Positions 25,850 through 38,270 of a stretch of DNA of 64,000 bases are shown one piece after another. The position numbers and the translations under genes are program-made. The stretch's first letter is position 1. Each line of letters begins with the position of its first letter. This DNA is from Felis catus (taxonomy: Eukaryota). The DNA lies in contig NC_058368.1 in assembly GCF_018350175.1 (NCBI RefSeq), positions 237,896,001 through 237,960,000 of the forward strand, read 5' to 3'. Below the pieces are notes generated by a model. It had not been told where the DNA came from, searched no databases, and saw only the letters and a program-made list of their open reading frames with translations.

Positions 25850-26360
25850 ATTTGTGATCACAGATGAAACATTTCCAATCTCATAATGGGTAGATTGCTT
25901 GGTTTTATTACCAACCATGCAAAGCAAGACCTCATCAAAAGGAGAGCCGCGCCAAGGTCCCAGTTTTCCATTAAAATAATTTCAAAAAGCTTTTTTTCTC
26001 CCACTGAAAGAACCCATTTTGCAAGATGATTTAGCTCAAAATCTGCTGGGAGTAACCCTTGACATAAAGTCATATTGTGTTGGAGTTTAGTCCTAAATTC
26101 ATACATCAATTATTTACTGTCAACGCCGATTGTATAAGTGTAGAAAATTACTAGGAATGATATTTTCTCTCAGGCAGAAAAAATGTGATACAGCAGATAG
26201 AACGCAAAAATGTGCCGCCCACTGTCCGGAGCCCGGAATTATTTATGCATTGGAGAACAGTGTGCTGAGCAAAAGGCAGAGACAGAGGGGGAGAGAGGGA
26301 CAGACGCATTATTTTAAACCTTTCATAACACCCATAAATATTTCATAACAAATAAATAAA
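25850..26360. promoter_or_regulatory. Candidate conserved non-coding element
   Basis: Non-repeat AT-rich island with atcaattatttactgtca (Meis CTGTCA), cattaaaataat and ccataaa motifs. Confidence 0.3.
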
Positions 26361-27051
26361 GAATGTCGGGCTTGTGTGGAGACAGCTGTAGACGCACGGT
26401 TCAGTGCTCCGCCAGGCTCGGGGGACCCCACGCTTACCCTCCGTTAAGCCCCCATTCCTGTTTAATCATCCACTTAGTGCATTATGGGTAGAGGCGCTCT
26501 CCAGGTGAGCGGGGCGCTGAAGGTGACGGCCGCGGAGGCCACTCCTCGTGCCTTCTCGGTCTTCTTTCTTATTGTGTTTAGACAGAAAAAGAAGAAAGCA
26601 GGGGTCTCCTTAGCCAACGTCTCGTCTGAAGGTTTTCACACCAGTGCCGCTAACACGTGTTGCCTGGAAGATTCCCCCCAAATAAAAAATAACAATTGTA
26701 TATGCCCGTGGAACCCACGTTTTGAGATTAATGACACTTGAAGCTACGCCGCAGAAGGCTTTCCTCAAATACAGCTACTGCACTCAGTGAGCCCCAATGT
26801 GCCCTTTCTGACTTTTTTCCTCCCACTTCATCGGGTTTTAAATCGATAGGAACCTTTCATGGGAAAAAGACTGCACGTGCAGAAACATCAACAGAACAGA
26901 ATTCGCTCTTGTGTAAGTGAACTCTAGCAGGGACGTGTGCACGCGTGTCCGGGAGGGACGCGTGTGTGGGCGTGCATGTTGTTGTCCAGTATGGTGGCAT
27001 CTGGGGATTGACTGCTAGGACTTACACAGTGTTCAAATAGGCATGTGTCCT

Positions 27052-27267
27052 GGGGGGCCTGGTGGCTCAGTTGGTTGAGCGTCCGACTTCGGCTCAGGTC
27101 ATGATCTCACAGCTCGTGAGTTCGAGCCCCGCGTCGGGCTCTGTGCTGACAGCTCGGAGCCTGGAGCCTGCTTCGGATTCTGTGCCTCCCTCTCTCTCTG
27201 CCCCAACTTACTTGCATTCTGTCTATGTCTCTCTCAAAAATAAATAAACATTAAATTTTTTTTTAAA
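27052..27267 (+). mobile_element. CAN-SINE (SINEC_Fc2-like)
   Basis: ggtggctcagttggttgagcgtccgacttcggctcaggtcatgatctcacagctcgtgagttcgagccccgcgtcggg..., then (CT)n and aaaaataaataaacatt. Degenerate TSD at 27035-27050 and 27268-27283. Confidence 0.96.
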
Positions 27268-30200
27268 AAATAGGTGTAGGTCCCGTGTGTCCTGTGTGCC
27301 TGGCGTCTGGGGCTTGCCAAGGGGCAGAGGAGGGGGCAGAGCTCGCACGGACACCTCTTTCTGGGCAGAAGAGCGTGGCCATGGCTCCTTTAGCCTCTCA
27401 GAGCTTGAGGGACTCACTTTCCAGCACCTAGTTCTTACCACTGTCCCAGAAGGAAAGAAGGGGTTACCCTGGCTCACTGTACAGATGGAGAGCCACAGGC
27501 AGGTGCAGGGGCTCGGGCTAAGGCGGGGCTTGGTGGTGGGGCTGGCAGGTCCATCCCGTAAAGACTGTGACTTCCAGAAGGACCACAAGCTGGGAAACGG
27601 CCTAAACTGTTAGTGGTGATGCTCAGAGGCTCATCTGACCGGGGGTTCTAGCATTCACCTTGGGGACACTCCCCAAACTGTAGAGTCCGGATCCCTACAA
27701 TGACCTCTCCCAGACTCTGCGACAGGCTGCGTCCACACAGGGCCGGGGCCCAGGGCTGACTCGGACATGGAGGGGGTGAGGCTAGGAGGGGTGAGGCCCT
27801 CTGGCTGCGGGCATGGGGAGCCGCGATCACACTGATTTTCTATTTTCCACGTGCAGGCAGAGAGATGGCATCCCAGGGCCCCTCTGTGGGGTTTCTCGAG
27901 GGTCTCCTGGATCCCACCTGTTCTGCAGCAGCATCGGCTCCCTGGGCTGGGGGCGGGGGGAGGAGGGGGTTGTTGTTCTGGGAGCAGATTCTTCTCGAAG
28001 TGGAGAGAAATCCACTTGGAGTCAGGTCCTCGTATCTGACCCAGTGATCTTACGGGGCCATAGTTCCCTGTTCTGAATCCTCAGCTAGTAATAGCTAGAA
28101 AGCCTTCGGATAGCAGGCAGCAAGACTAGCCTGGAAGTGAGGTCGTAGTGGCTTTGTCATTCTGCCCCAGACTGTGTCAAGGACGTCTGTCCCCAGCTTC
28201 CGTTCCGCTGTTTGGCCCACCCCTTGACAGAAAACAAATCCTTTCTTCTCTGATTTTAGGAAGCAAGTTGCATTGTGAAAATCCTTCCACTGAGTCATAG
28301 TCGCAAGTTTTAATAAACCTCTCATTATTTATTAAACGTTTGAGGATACAGCAAAGATCCCAAATAACCTGCTAAATATTTATTTCATTAATACTTAAGT
28401 ACACATTTATTTTTCACTAATTATTGCACACATTGCCAAGGTTTATTTACAGTGAGTTCATCAACAGTAATTCTAAGTTTAGAAGAAAGAAAGGCACAGA
28501 CATCGAGAGTTTGTTTCCCACAACCAGAGGAGAGCACGCGGGATTTTGTCAGCCCCGGGCCCCTCACGCCCCCCGTCCCGACACTCAGGGCTGAGCCATC
28601 ATCGCTTACTGGGACGCTGCCTGCACCGGTGGCCCTAGGAACTCAATTCACGGAACGGCATCCTTGGAGAGAGGCAGATGCCAGTCCAGGCTTGGCAGAC
28701 ATCAGGTGGTGGTGAGGGCAGGTGCGGGGTCGGGAGAGAAGACGCAGGACAAAGCCCGGAGGGGACACTGACCCGGCTTCCGGCTCCCGAGGGGACGGGC
28801 CCCACGCTGAGTTCCTGGGCTGCTCCCAGCCAGGTTTATTCCCCACGATGACGGACTCCACAAGCCCCCACGCGGGGACCCTGCCCCACGTGCCCGCTTC
28901 TCCCTGCTCAAGGCTCAGCTGCCGTGGGCGGAGCGCTGGGCAAACGAGATCTTCCTGAGCACGAGTTTCACACACTGTCGGCCGCACCCGTTAGGGGCAT
29001 GTTTTGCTTTTGTTGATTATTTACTTCCATTTTTCTAAAACAAGAGACTTGATTTTCAGAATATTAACTTCGATAATAGAACATCTTAGAAACTTGGTTG
29101 CACCCATGAGACCACTCAGTTACTTCCATGTATATCATGACGCGTTTGTTAAGTATTTAAGGGGAAATCAACCATTTTTCTGTAAGTTCACACGCATACA
29201 TGGATGCCCCGTGGCTGTCTTGGAGCCATGTTTCTAGAAAACAGAGCGTGGGGACATTTTCAGTGGCATCTAAACTTTGTTTGCTCGACCTCCTGCCTGG
29301 AAGCCTTGGCCGCGGTCACGCAGGCTGGGGTCAGGCGTTCCCTGAAAATGCGAGTCTCTCTGTGTGTAAAGCGATCTCATTTCAACGAGAAAGACACCCC
29401 CAGAACTGATGTGGGGGTGACCCCCTCGGGTAGTCAGGGTCTGAATCCAGCCAGAATTTTCCAGAAACTGTTGTTCACAGGCGTGTCCGGGGCGGGGGTG
29501 GGGGAGTCCTGCCCAGGCTGGCCGCTCTGAACGCCCCACGGAGACCCCGGGGAGTCAAGGCCACAGTGGGGACCCTGGCTGCTGCCCATCTGGACACCGG
29601 TGGCGGTCGGAAACCAGAGCCGTTTTCCAGCAACTGTTGAGGGTGCCCTTGGCCCAGCTGCTGGCTGGGCAGCACTTGGCCCACGGGGTCACCTCCTCAG
29701 GACGCAGGAAGCCGGCGCCTGCTCTGGGGCCAGGAATGAGCCCCACCGGCTGGAGGCTGGATCTACAGCCAGCGATCGGCTCCAAGGACCGCCCCTCGGG
29801 GGGCCTGTGGCCAGTCCGTCCCACGGGCTGAGGTGGGAGGCATCGAAGGAGGCTGGCCTCACCTCCCAGATGGGTCTCAGAATCAAACACTGACCAGAGA
29901 TACTTTTAAGAGTGATGAGTCACAACACGTGGAATCTCTTTCTTTCCTGGTGAAAGAAAGCGTTATTCTATGTCCTGGCATTAATATTTATTAGTTCTAC
30001 ACGAATATTTAGTAGCGGATCTGGGGTGGCAGAGCACCGCCCCTCCCCCGGTGGCGGGGACTCCAGACTTAGCGCTGACATTTAAAGAGTGTGGCAGACT
30101 CCATTCCTGCCCTTACAACAGGAAAAAATGGGACAACTTGAAAACAACGGCTTTTCTCAGACTCACCCGAGAGCCCAGCGTGCAGGGCGAGCCAGCGCTC

Positions 30201-30924
30201 TGAAATCTTGAGGGACAGCAGGTCTGGGAAGCCAGGGCGGGCAGGGTGGGTCTGCCTGGAGAAGCTGCTGGAGCCGTAAACTGGCAGGAACTGGTGGGCG
30301 GTGCCTCGCTGGGCTTCTGGGAGCCGGGGGAGGAGGGGCTTTATTTCCAGGAGCCCTGAGATCTCCTCACGAAGGTCTGAGGAAGATGCTCTTGTGGCTC
30401 TGCAGTGGGAGAGAAGAACTGGGCTGTGAAATATGTCCAGAAAGTTCTCTGTGACAAAGGGAAGACATCTGTCACATTCGGGAAACGTGACACGTATCCA
30501 CCTTTCCCAAGAGCAGCGTCCCAGATCCCGGGGGAGGGTGCTCCTGGACTCTGGCCCCCTCGAGTCTTCTGGTCTCAACCTGTGGAGAAGAGGCTGTAGG
30601 AGAGAAAACCTCTGAGAAGGTGACATCCCAGACGCCCCGACCACTGAAGGACGTGCCCCACCCCCACGCCTCAGCCCAAGCCAACGAGGCTCCAGGATGA
30701 CCACAAGCGTGGCTCACAGCCGAACATGCTGCAGACCCAGACGCTCTCTCTGGGAGGAGCCCTCAGCCAAGCCACGTCAGGAGGGACAAGGCTAGAGACA
30801 CCTTAGGCAGAGACCAGCCCCCAGCCACGCCGGCAAGGGCCTATTTCCCTCCGACTGGAGACGACAGGTCTGGCTTTAAGCAAAAGATGACAAGGCATGC
30901 CAGAGGGCCGGAGAAAACATAGTC

Positions 30925-31860
30925 TGAAAACACAGTGAGCTTGAAGACAGGGCAACAGAAAGTTCCAAGGTGAACGCAAAGCGACAGGAGAATGGGGGAA
31001 GAAGCACCGTATCCAGGAGCGGAACGGATGGAAATTCTCAAAAGGTGTAACATCTATAGCTGCAGTTGCTAGAGAGAGAAGATTGGGGGGTGGTGGCGAT
31101 CACAGTGAGTATCTGGAGTAATGGAGTAATGGTAGCCAGATCCAAGAAGCTCAGTGCCCATGACGCACTGAGCACAGCACCCACCAACTGCAGAAAAACA
31201 AAATCACACAGGAAACTTTGAAAGAAGCCTTTACGGGGACAAGAAAACAGCCAGAGAAGAACGAGGGTCACAGAGATGTCTCACCCGGAGTCGCTGCACC
31301 AGGAGAGAGACGTTAAGTGGATGACATTTTTAACCTGTTAGAAGAAAAATAAAATCCCACCAACACAGATTTCTATAACCAGTGATACTCACCTTCAAAA
31401 GTGAGGGAAAAGAAAGACCTTCCCAGGTAAACAAACAACGAGAGAATTTGTGAAAGATGCTCCCAGGAAATTCAGGAAACGAAACAAGCTGTTCAGGGAG
31501 AAGGAATGATCGAGGTCAGAGTCTGCACAAGGGTTCAGAGTCCAAGCAGGAACAAGGGGACGTACGTGTGCTGGGTGATTCCAACAGAAGGAGAGGGGAC
31601 GTGAGGGACAGCAGTGTCACGGGGAGGCAGAAAGAGCTGGTGTTCTCCACCCCGAGGCAGGTCCCTGCTCTGCCACCCACGGGGCAATGGTAATGGCAGG
31701 TGGGCTTGGACGTCGACTGTCAACTTTAGGGAAACCTCTACATGTTGGGAGTTTAATCAATACACCAAGGGGGAAGACAGAATCGAATAAAATCCTCAAG
31801 TAAAACCAGAGAAGGCAGAACCAGGAGCCTCTGGCAACAAATACAAAACAGCCACCCACA
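30925..31860 (+). mobile_element. Ancient LINE-1 ORF1 region (degraded)
   Basis: 31360-31452 translates QHRFL*PVILTFKSEGKRKTFPGKQTTREFV, like the L1 ORF1p C-terminal motif QPRILYPAKLSFKxEGEIKTFxDKQKLREF. Upstream gtgagcttgaagacagggcaacagaa and atccaagaagctcag are also ORF1-like. Confidence 0.85.
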
Positions 31861-32614
31861 TGGTGGACGGTGTCCGATCAGCTGATGTTGGCACCTTGAC
31901 CAAGGATGGGATGGAGGAAGGGACGGAAGGAGGAGGAGCAGACCGGGCTGGGATTTCAGGTGTAGACACCAACCACCCGCATCAATAATAGATCCGGGAA
32001 GCAGAAAAGTGAGAAGGGGCTACTTGAGATTTCACGTGCAGGGGATTCAAGAAATCTCACCCTTGTTCAGGGCCAGGGACAGAGGCCGACGCGGGTCACG
32101 GGGAAGGCGCCTGGGGGTGGCCGCACCTGGCAGCTGGGCAGGCCCGGATTAAGAAGTCCTGGGCAGGGGCCAGGGAAGGTCTTCTCGCACATGTTGTCCT
32201 CAAACTGTAGTGACCACACGAGTCACTGAATGTACTTGGCCGTCATCCTGGGAAACGTGGCCCATCTGGAGCCCCAAATCTGCTTAAGACAATAAGAACC
32301 CCAAGGGGACGTCCCGGCGCGGGAACAGGAAGCGCCGGCCGGGGAGACCGCAGGCGCCCGGAGAGGGGAAGCCCCGGGCCCCACTTGGGGGCTGGGTCCT
32401 CCGTCAGCCGACAGAGCCCGGTCCCCAGACTCGCCAGAGCTCGGCCGGCGCCAGGCCCACCGCCAGAGGTCCAGCCCCCAGCCCGCGCTGCCCCCGGTCC
32501 GTCTGTTGCTTTACAGCAGTAAGTAGAGTAACTCGTGGGCCCAGATCAAGTGTCCATCAACTCGCGTCACCCTAAGCCCTCCTACGGCGGATTCCGGGCT
32601 GGGGACGCACCCGG

Positions 32615-32671
32615 TCACCCTCCCCCTGCAACTTCACCCTCCCCCTGCAACTTCACCCTCCCCCTGCAACT
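32615..32671. repeat. 19-bp perfect tandem repeat x3 (tcaccctccccctgcaact)
   Basis: Units at 32615-32633, 32634-32652 and 32653-32671 are identical. Confidence 0.97.
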
Positions 32672-32782
32672 TCCGGCCGGACGCGCCTCTCACCAAGCAA
32701 AGCCGAAGCCCCGCGTGAGGGCAGCACCGTTGGCAGGGCCCCCGGGGAGCCCAGGCAGGGCGGGGGGGGGGGGGGGCGGCTT

Positions 32783-32914
32783 CCGTGAACACGTGGTGCA
32801 CGTGTACTTACCCGCCGTTAAGTCACGTGGCGTGCGCGTACCCACGATCCTTTAACACGTGGCGCTCACACACCTAAACTCCGTTAAGTCACGTGGTGCT
32901 CGTGTAGCGACGAT
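32783..32914. repeat. Degenerate 32/34-bp tandem repeat x4, each unit with CACGTGG
   Basis: Units start at 32783, 32815, 32849 and 32881; units 2 and 4 share ccgttaagtcacgtgg...acgat. Confidence 0.8.
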
Positions 32915-34799
32915 GTAAGGGATGCTAAAGCGACTTGTCAACAACCGAGTAGTTATCGTGTGTTCCTTCCGGCAGGCAGGTAAACAGTCTTCCCTATTTT
33001 AGCCATTTATGGGAAATGGACAGAGCGTTTCCTAGGATGAGGGTAAAGTACAAACAGCAGTTTTACAGCAGCGGCTCCTGACGGTCCCTACAGAAACGGA
33101 AGTAACCTGCACTCTGTCTAATCCAGGGCTCAATGCGAGAAAGGCGTGTAAGGTGGGAAACACGTTAACACCTCTGACAGTCGTCTGATTAAATTACTAA
33201 ATACTACTATTTGCGAGAAACGAATTCACAAGCGAAGCCCGAGGTCGGATATTTGGAACGTCACCACCCCAGCAAGGGGTGAGGATGCTCACCCCCCTGA
33301 GTGAGGTCCGGGCTGTGCCAGGGGGCTCGCGGGGGCCCTGCTGGGGCGGCAGGCGGGGCAGGTGGGTGTGATGCCCGGTTCCCAGGAGCCTGAGGCCCCC
33401 GCTGCAGCCTTCACCAAGAGCGGTCCCCTCAGTGGGACAGGATGCCCGGGGACTGGGTGTTTCCCTTCCCGCGGGTCAGTCAGACCCCGGTTCGGTCCCC
33501 TTTCCTGGGGACAGACCTCGTGAAGGACACAGAGCCCCTGCAGGTTCCCGAAGGGCTCCTTTCCCGTCCTGCCCCCGGAGCCCGAGGCCCGCCTCCCTGA
33601 GCGTCGCCGTGAAGGCCCGCCGGGGCCCCTGCAGGGAGGACGCGCACCGGCGTGGGTGCCCCAGCTCTAGCCCCAGCCGGCCGGGAGGAGCCCCGTTCGT
33701 CCGCCTGCACCAGCGCCGGGGAGGTTCCCGCTGGCAGGTTCTGCTCCAGCCACGAGAGTGTGCGTCTGCCGGCCTCGCTCTCCGTTTCGGGGCAGCGGTT
33801 CGCCCCGTGACCTCTCCTCTCTGGCGGATCTGGGATCTGCTGGTTTTCAGTGCGTCCGGCCCTTCTCTCGCCACGAGGACCCCAGCGAGGGCTTCCACGA
33901 GCGTCGCGTGCCGGAAGTCGGAATCTTTTGGCCGTTAAGGGAAGTAATGAGGCATCGGTGGGCTTTATGGCTGCTCGGGTGGGGTCACCTTCCCGGGAGA
34001 CTGAGGGCAGGGGCGGGGAGCCCTCACCCGCCTGACAGGAGCCAGGTGTGGGCAGCAGACAGGTGTTCGGCCAGACTGTCTGGGGCGGGTGAGTCTCGGG
34101 CAGCAGGATCCTGGGGCTCTAACCACTCTGGTCCCGCCTGAGTCACACACACGCGTGATGGCATCTGGTGGCCTGAACGGCAAATGCGCTCTACGGCAGG
34201 ATTTCTTCCCTCTCGAGTTGTTCTGTCCGTGGCAGTGTGTGCAGCCACAGCCGCTGAGGACAGAGACCCGGCTCCGTGGGGCCGGGCCCTCTCGACCCCT
34301 GCCTGGGCTCACACCGTGCGGGTGACGAGGGCTGGGGAAGCTGTGGAGCTAGGTTATGGGGCCTCGTCGTCCAGCAAGGGCCTGCGTGGGGTGTGCCAGT
34401 CACCAGGTTCTGGGCAGCCGGCTGGAGTCATGCCCCGGGCACCTGTCCCGCCCGCCGGGAGGGGTCTGGGGGCAGCCTCCCCACCGAGACTGGCCGGGGC
34501 ACCACACGCTGGGACCAGGTGCCAAAGAGGAAGATGGAATGGGGCCCAGCGCTGGGAGGAAGGCTCTGAGTCCTGGGTTGGGGCCACATGGAAGAAGGAC
34601 ATTTAGGTGCTGAAGATTATTTTTAATTATTATTAATCTCAAAGAACTCCAATGCTTCAGACAAAACCAAGAGCCGACTCCCTCTCTGCACAGCGAGGAG
34701 GGAAAGGGTGAAACCAACACGTCCACCGAGGGCCACGAGGGCGCCAGGGACCCCGGCGCATGTCCGCGCCCCACCCTCCCTGCGTTCTCCCACATATGG

Positions 34800-35110
34800 C
34801 TCCCCTCGCTGTTTGCGGAGTGCTCAGTGTGTGCTCATTAAAGGTCTAATTACACTCTGCTCCACTAATCAATGATTGAGAAAATGGCAACATGCAAATA
34901 CTAAGCGAGAAAAGAGAAAAAAACAACAACACGTCAGCTAACTGCGCCTTGAATTCTTTACGAGGCCATGTTGTTGGCTTGCTTTTAATTTGTACTTGAC
35001 TTCTGGGAGCCCTTGTACATTTTATAAATGCTGGTATTAACTGGGTGTATTTTAAATCACCAACTAACAGAGAGAAAACCTCATGATAGTCTGTAATCAC
35101 ATCTCTAACT
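34800..35110. promoter_or_regulatory. Candidate conserved non-coding element
   Basis: AT-rich island with octamer ATGCAAAT at 34892-34899, ctaattac and taatcaatgattg. Confidence 0.35.
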
Positions 35111-36949
35111 TCCCAGGGTTTCTGGAAGAGGGGTGATAAGGACACACGAGCCCCTCATGTTCATGTTTAAAACATGAAGAAGACTCCAGGTGCACCTGTG
35201 GTGGTCAGCCGGCCCCCGGCGTGACATGAAGGCTCCGTCCATGGAGCTGCAGGGCGAGGAAACTGGGTGTGCTGATGGGCTCCTCACCCGGACTATTCTG
35301 GACACAGCCTTGGACGGAGACGTGACCTCTCGTGGCCTCCAAGCCCTGCCCACATCACCCACGTGGCCCGGTGACTGTACCATAGGGACATCTAAAACCA
35401 CATGGGGACCGGCCGCCCCAGCTTTGCTGTGTGTTCCGTTCACGTCTCCGTTGCTGTTAACGCGGGAGACCCTCGACGTGGCAAAGCACATCTACGGGAA
35501 AGACCCCCGATTTATTTATTTTGGTTCAACTGGAAAAATCAATGGGCACTCGATGCTCGTCTGACATTCACACCACCTGCACGCAGCCTGCCGAGACGTT
35601 TGTCCGTCAGAAATGCCGCTGACCGCATCCCGCCATCTTCTGACTCAGAGGCCGCGAGAAGGCGTTCGCACAGCGGTTCGATGCGGGCACGAGGGAACAG
35701 CGCGCAGTTCCACAGGAAACCCGAAAGAGCCTCGTGGCGACGTTCTGAGTTCCCGTTTTCCATTTTCTTCTGTTCTGCGAATTCTCTCTCAAGGAGTTCC
35801 TCCAGAATTACCTGATAACAAACATGGTTTTCTGTAAGAGATTTGAATTTTCTTCTGAAAACACCTTGTTTTTGCGTGTGAAACAAGCATTCCTCTGTCC
35901 ACTACGACTTTGAATCTAGTTTTACGTACAGAGGAGCTTCAGAGGCTTTCCTGTAAGACCGTGGCCTCAGAGAGTGTCCCCATTCCCCCCAGTGGCTCCA
36001 TCCGGGCTCCTGGGGAAATGCCGCTGCCCCACTAAGGGCCCGACTTTTCCCTGATCGCGAGGCTCTTCGTCACCAGGAGCGCAGCCTCCGTTCCTGTACT
36101 AACTGGAATATGAAATCGTCCGCGTGCCCTCGCCAGTATTCTTGTGTGCGTTCTTTGGCAGAATCCAGTCTGAAAATCCATCAGGAAGGCGTTTCCCGTG
36201 TTTCTGCTTTTAACACCAGAATCAAGATGGTGTGAGTTCGCTTGGGCCCGTTGCCCCCGAGAACGGAGGGAGCGCCTGATGGGGCCGTCCAGCCACGGGC
36301 TCCCGTATGACCCAAGCGGGGCCTTTCCAAGGACAGATTTCAAAACCTGACAAAATGCCGAGGCATAAACAAGTCTCAGCACATCCCAAAGGACTGAAAC
36401 CACGTGGGGTGTGGCATGTAACCACGGTGAAACCCAGCCAGATGTTAACGACCAATAGATAATTGCCCTATTACCTTCCCATGTTTTTTAATTGGAAAAA
36501 AAATGTACTTTTAAGTAGCCAATGCTGAAAACAGAATTACAATAAAATTGGAAAACTATTTTGCACTAAATGATGAGAAAAGACGGCCTGTGCTGGGGTG
36601 AGCTCTGGTAGGAACGTGGCTAAGTTCTGAACGCTTCAGCTTCACCAGCGGGAAGCATAAAACTAGACAGAAATGCACACCAACCACGGGCAGCACGGGG
36701 GTGCCCGGAGGCGTGCGTGTTGGGGGACGGTGGGCCTCAGGCACCTGCGGAAGGAGGGGGTCCGGCCCGCAGCACGCAGTCGGGTCTGGAGGGAAGCCTG
36801 GGGGAGTCAGCCAGACTCGTCTGTCCCTGGTTCTCAGAGCAGCTCTCGGGACGCCGTTCCTTGAGATCCTCGAGAGTTGTCAGAAACGACACGTGGCAAA
36901 CAGGTCGTGTCCCCGTCTGCAAACTCCGCTGCACTGTCTCCCCTCCGTG

Positions 36950-38270
36950 TGTCACCTGGGTCACTCGGTTCACGTATGCCACGAGGTGCCGCTGGGAACG
37001 TGACCTAATGCGAGGTTCTCTCCCTTGTCAGCACTGTGTTCGCCTGGACCCCAAAAGGAGTTTCCTTGCTTTTGCTGGTCAAGCGATCCGCTGACACTGT
37101 CCTGATGTCGCTCGCTTGAGCCCAAGCCGGTCGCGCCTGGGGTCACCAAGGGGCCTCAGGCTGCCTTGGGTCCATTTCGGGACCACGTCCTTGAACTGCA
37201 CCGGTTAGCACTTACTCCAGCTCTTCCCACTTTGGTGTTTCTTTCCAGGAAGAACGATCACCTGCCGATTTTCCGTGCCTGACTTCAGCATCGCCACTTT
37301 CAAATTCTTCTTCATCTCTTAGGTTTTTGATTCTTTGTGAGACTTTTTCGCGTCCGCGAGCTCTTTGCTTGGTCCGCCTTCACGCGGCCGTCGGCCCGGG
37401 TCACGCCTGACTCCCCCCCTCTGCTGACCCTTTCCTGGGGTCTCCCCCTCGTCCTGCGGCTCTCGTTCTGATCTCTGTTGGTTTGGGCCTTCCCGGTGTC
37501 TTTTCTGAATGTCTTTCCCCTCGTGCGGGAGAGGCTGGACCTCCCGCCTTTCCTTCTGTGGCTACGGGCCTGTCGATGGGTCCTCCTCCCTCTCTTCTCC
37601 AAGAGCGTGTTTGGGACTTGGCCTCGATATCAGTTGACTGCTCCTTTTTATGTGAACTCAGTTTTCTGAGCTGCAGGCAGTGTGTTTCGCCAACTCTTCT
37701 GGGCTCCTGCTGCTCTGTTTTTTCTCGGGTGCACAGGCCTGGCTTTGCCCCTGAGCCCCTGGCCGTCCGCTCCCTCGGGGCCTCCCTCCCCCTCCTGCTC
37801 TGTCTGCTAGGTGTCGGGTCCGAGGGGAGTGGCTTCTCCTCCGAAGGAGCCCTGTCCGGGAAGGAGCCCCCGAGGGGCTGCACTGGACCCCGTGTCCTGC
37901 GAGCCCGGGCCTCCCCCCCCCGCAAGGGCACAGACCCCGCTGTGTCTCCACCCCGCTCAGAGTGGCCTCCACGGCTTCCCGGGAACAACTGTGGGTCCCG
38001 TGTTTCCTCCACACAGAGACTCCGGCCCCTCGGTCCTGGCTGTCGCCGCGTGCTCGTCTGTGTGCACTGTGAGCTCACGGGGGGGGGGGGGGGGGGGGGG
38101 GGGGTCTGTCCCCTCGTTTTGGTGCGACGCTGCCCGTTAGCTTTTGTTTTGCTGTCTGGTTGCCTGTTTCGATGTGTAGACCGAGAGATTCAAAAACTAC
38201 TCGTGACCCCAGCTGCCATCTTCCCAGGACTGTCTCCCCCTTTCCTTGTAGTGGATTGAAAACAAGGAGA
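36950..38270 (-). mobile_element. Probable ancient LINE-1 5'/ORF1 remnant, antisense
   Basis: T/C-rich + strand with L1-antisense-like text (actttcaaattcttcttcatctcttaggtttttgattctttg...). Heavily GC-shifted; boundaries uncertain. Confidence 0.4.
38079..38104. repeat. Poly-G homopolymer (G26)
   Basis: 26 consecutive G. Confidence 0.95.

Larger units (their letters stand above)
32300..32950. promoter_or_regulatory. CpG-island-like block with E-box array
   Basis: High CpG density, a G-run at 32762-32776, and five CACGTG in 32790-32895. Confidence 0.5.

Noticed and set aside
27870..28075. Possible MER5-like remnant; also a possible MLT1 remnant at about 30580-30760 and L2/MIR traces at about 10600-10680 and 19676-19710
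   Set aside because: Similarity is too weak to call by eye.
32615..32914. Repeat-spacer-like pattern superficially resembling a CRISPR array
   Set aside because: Mammalian context, no cas genes, and the units are tandem duplications with related rather than unique spacers.
35539..35886. Protein-like stretch VILEELLEREFAEQKKMENG after a minus-strand acceptor
   Set aside because: No convincing downstream donor and no protein match that I recognise.
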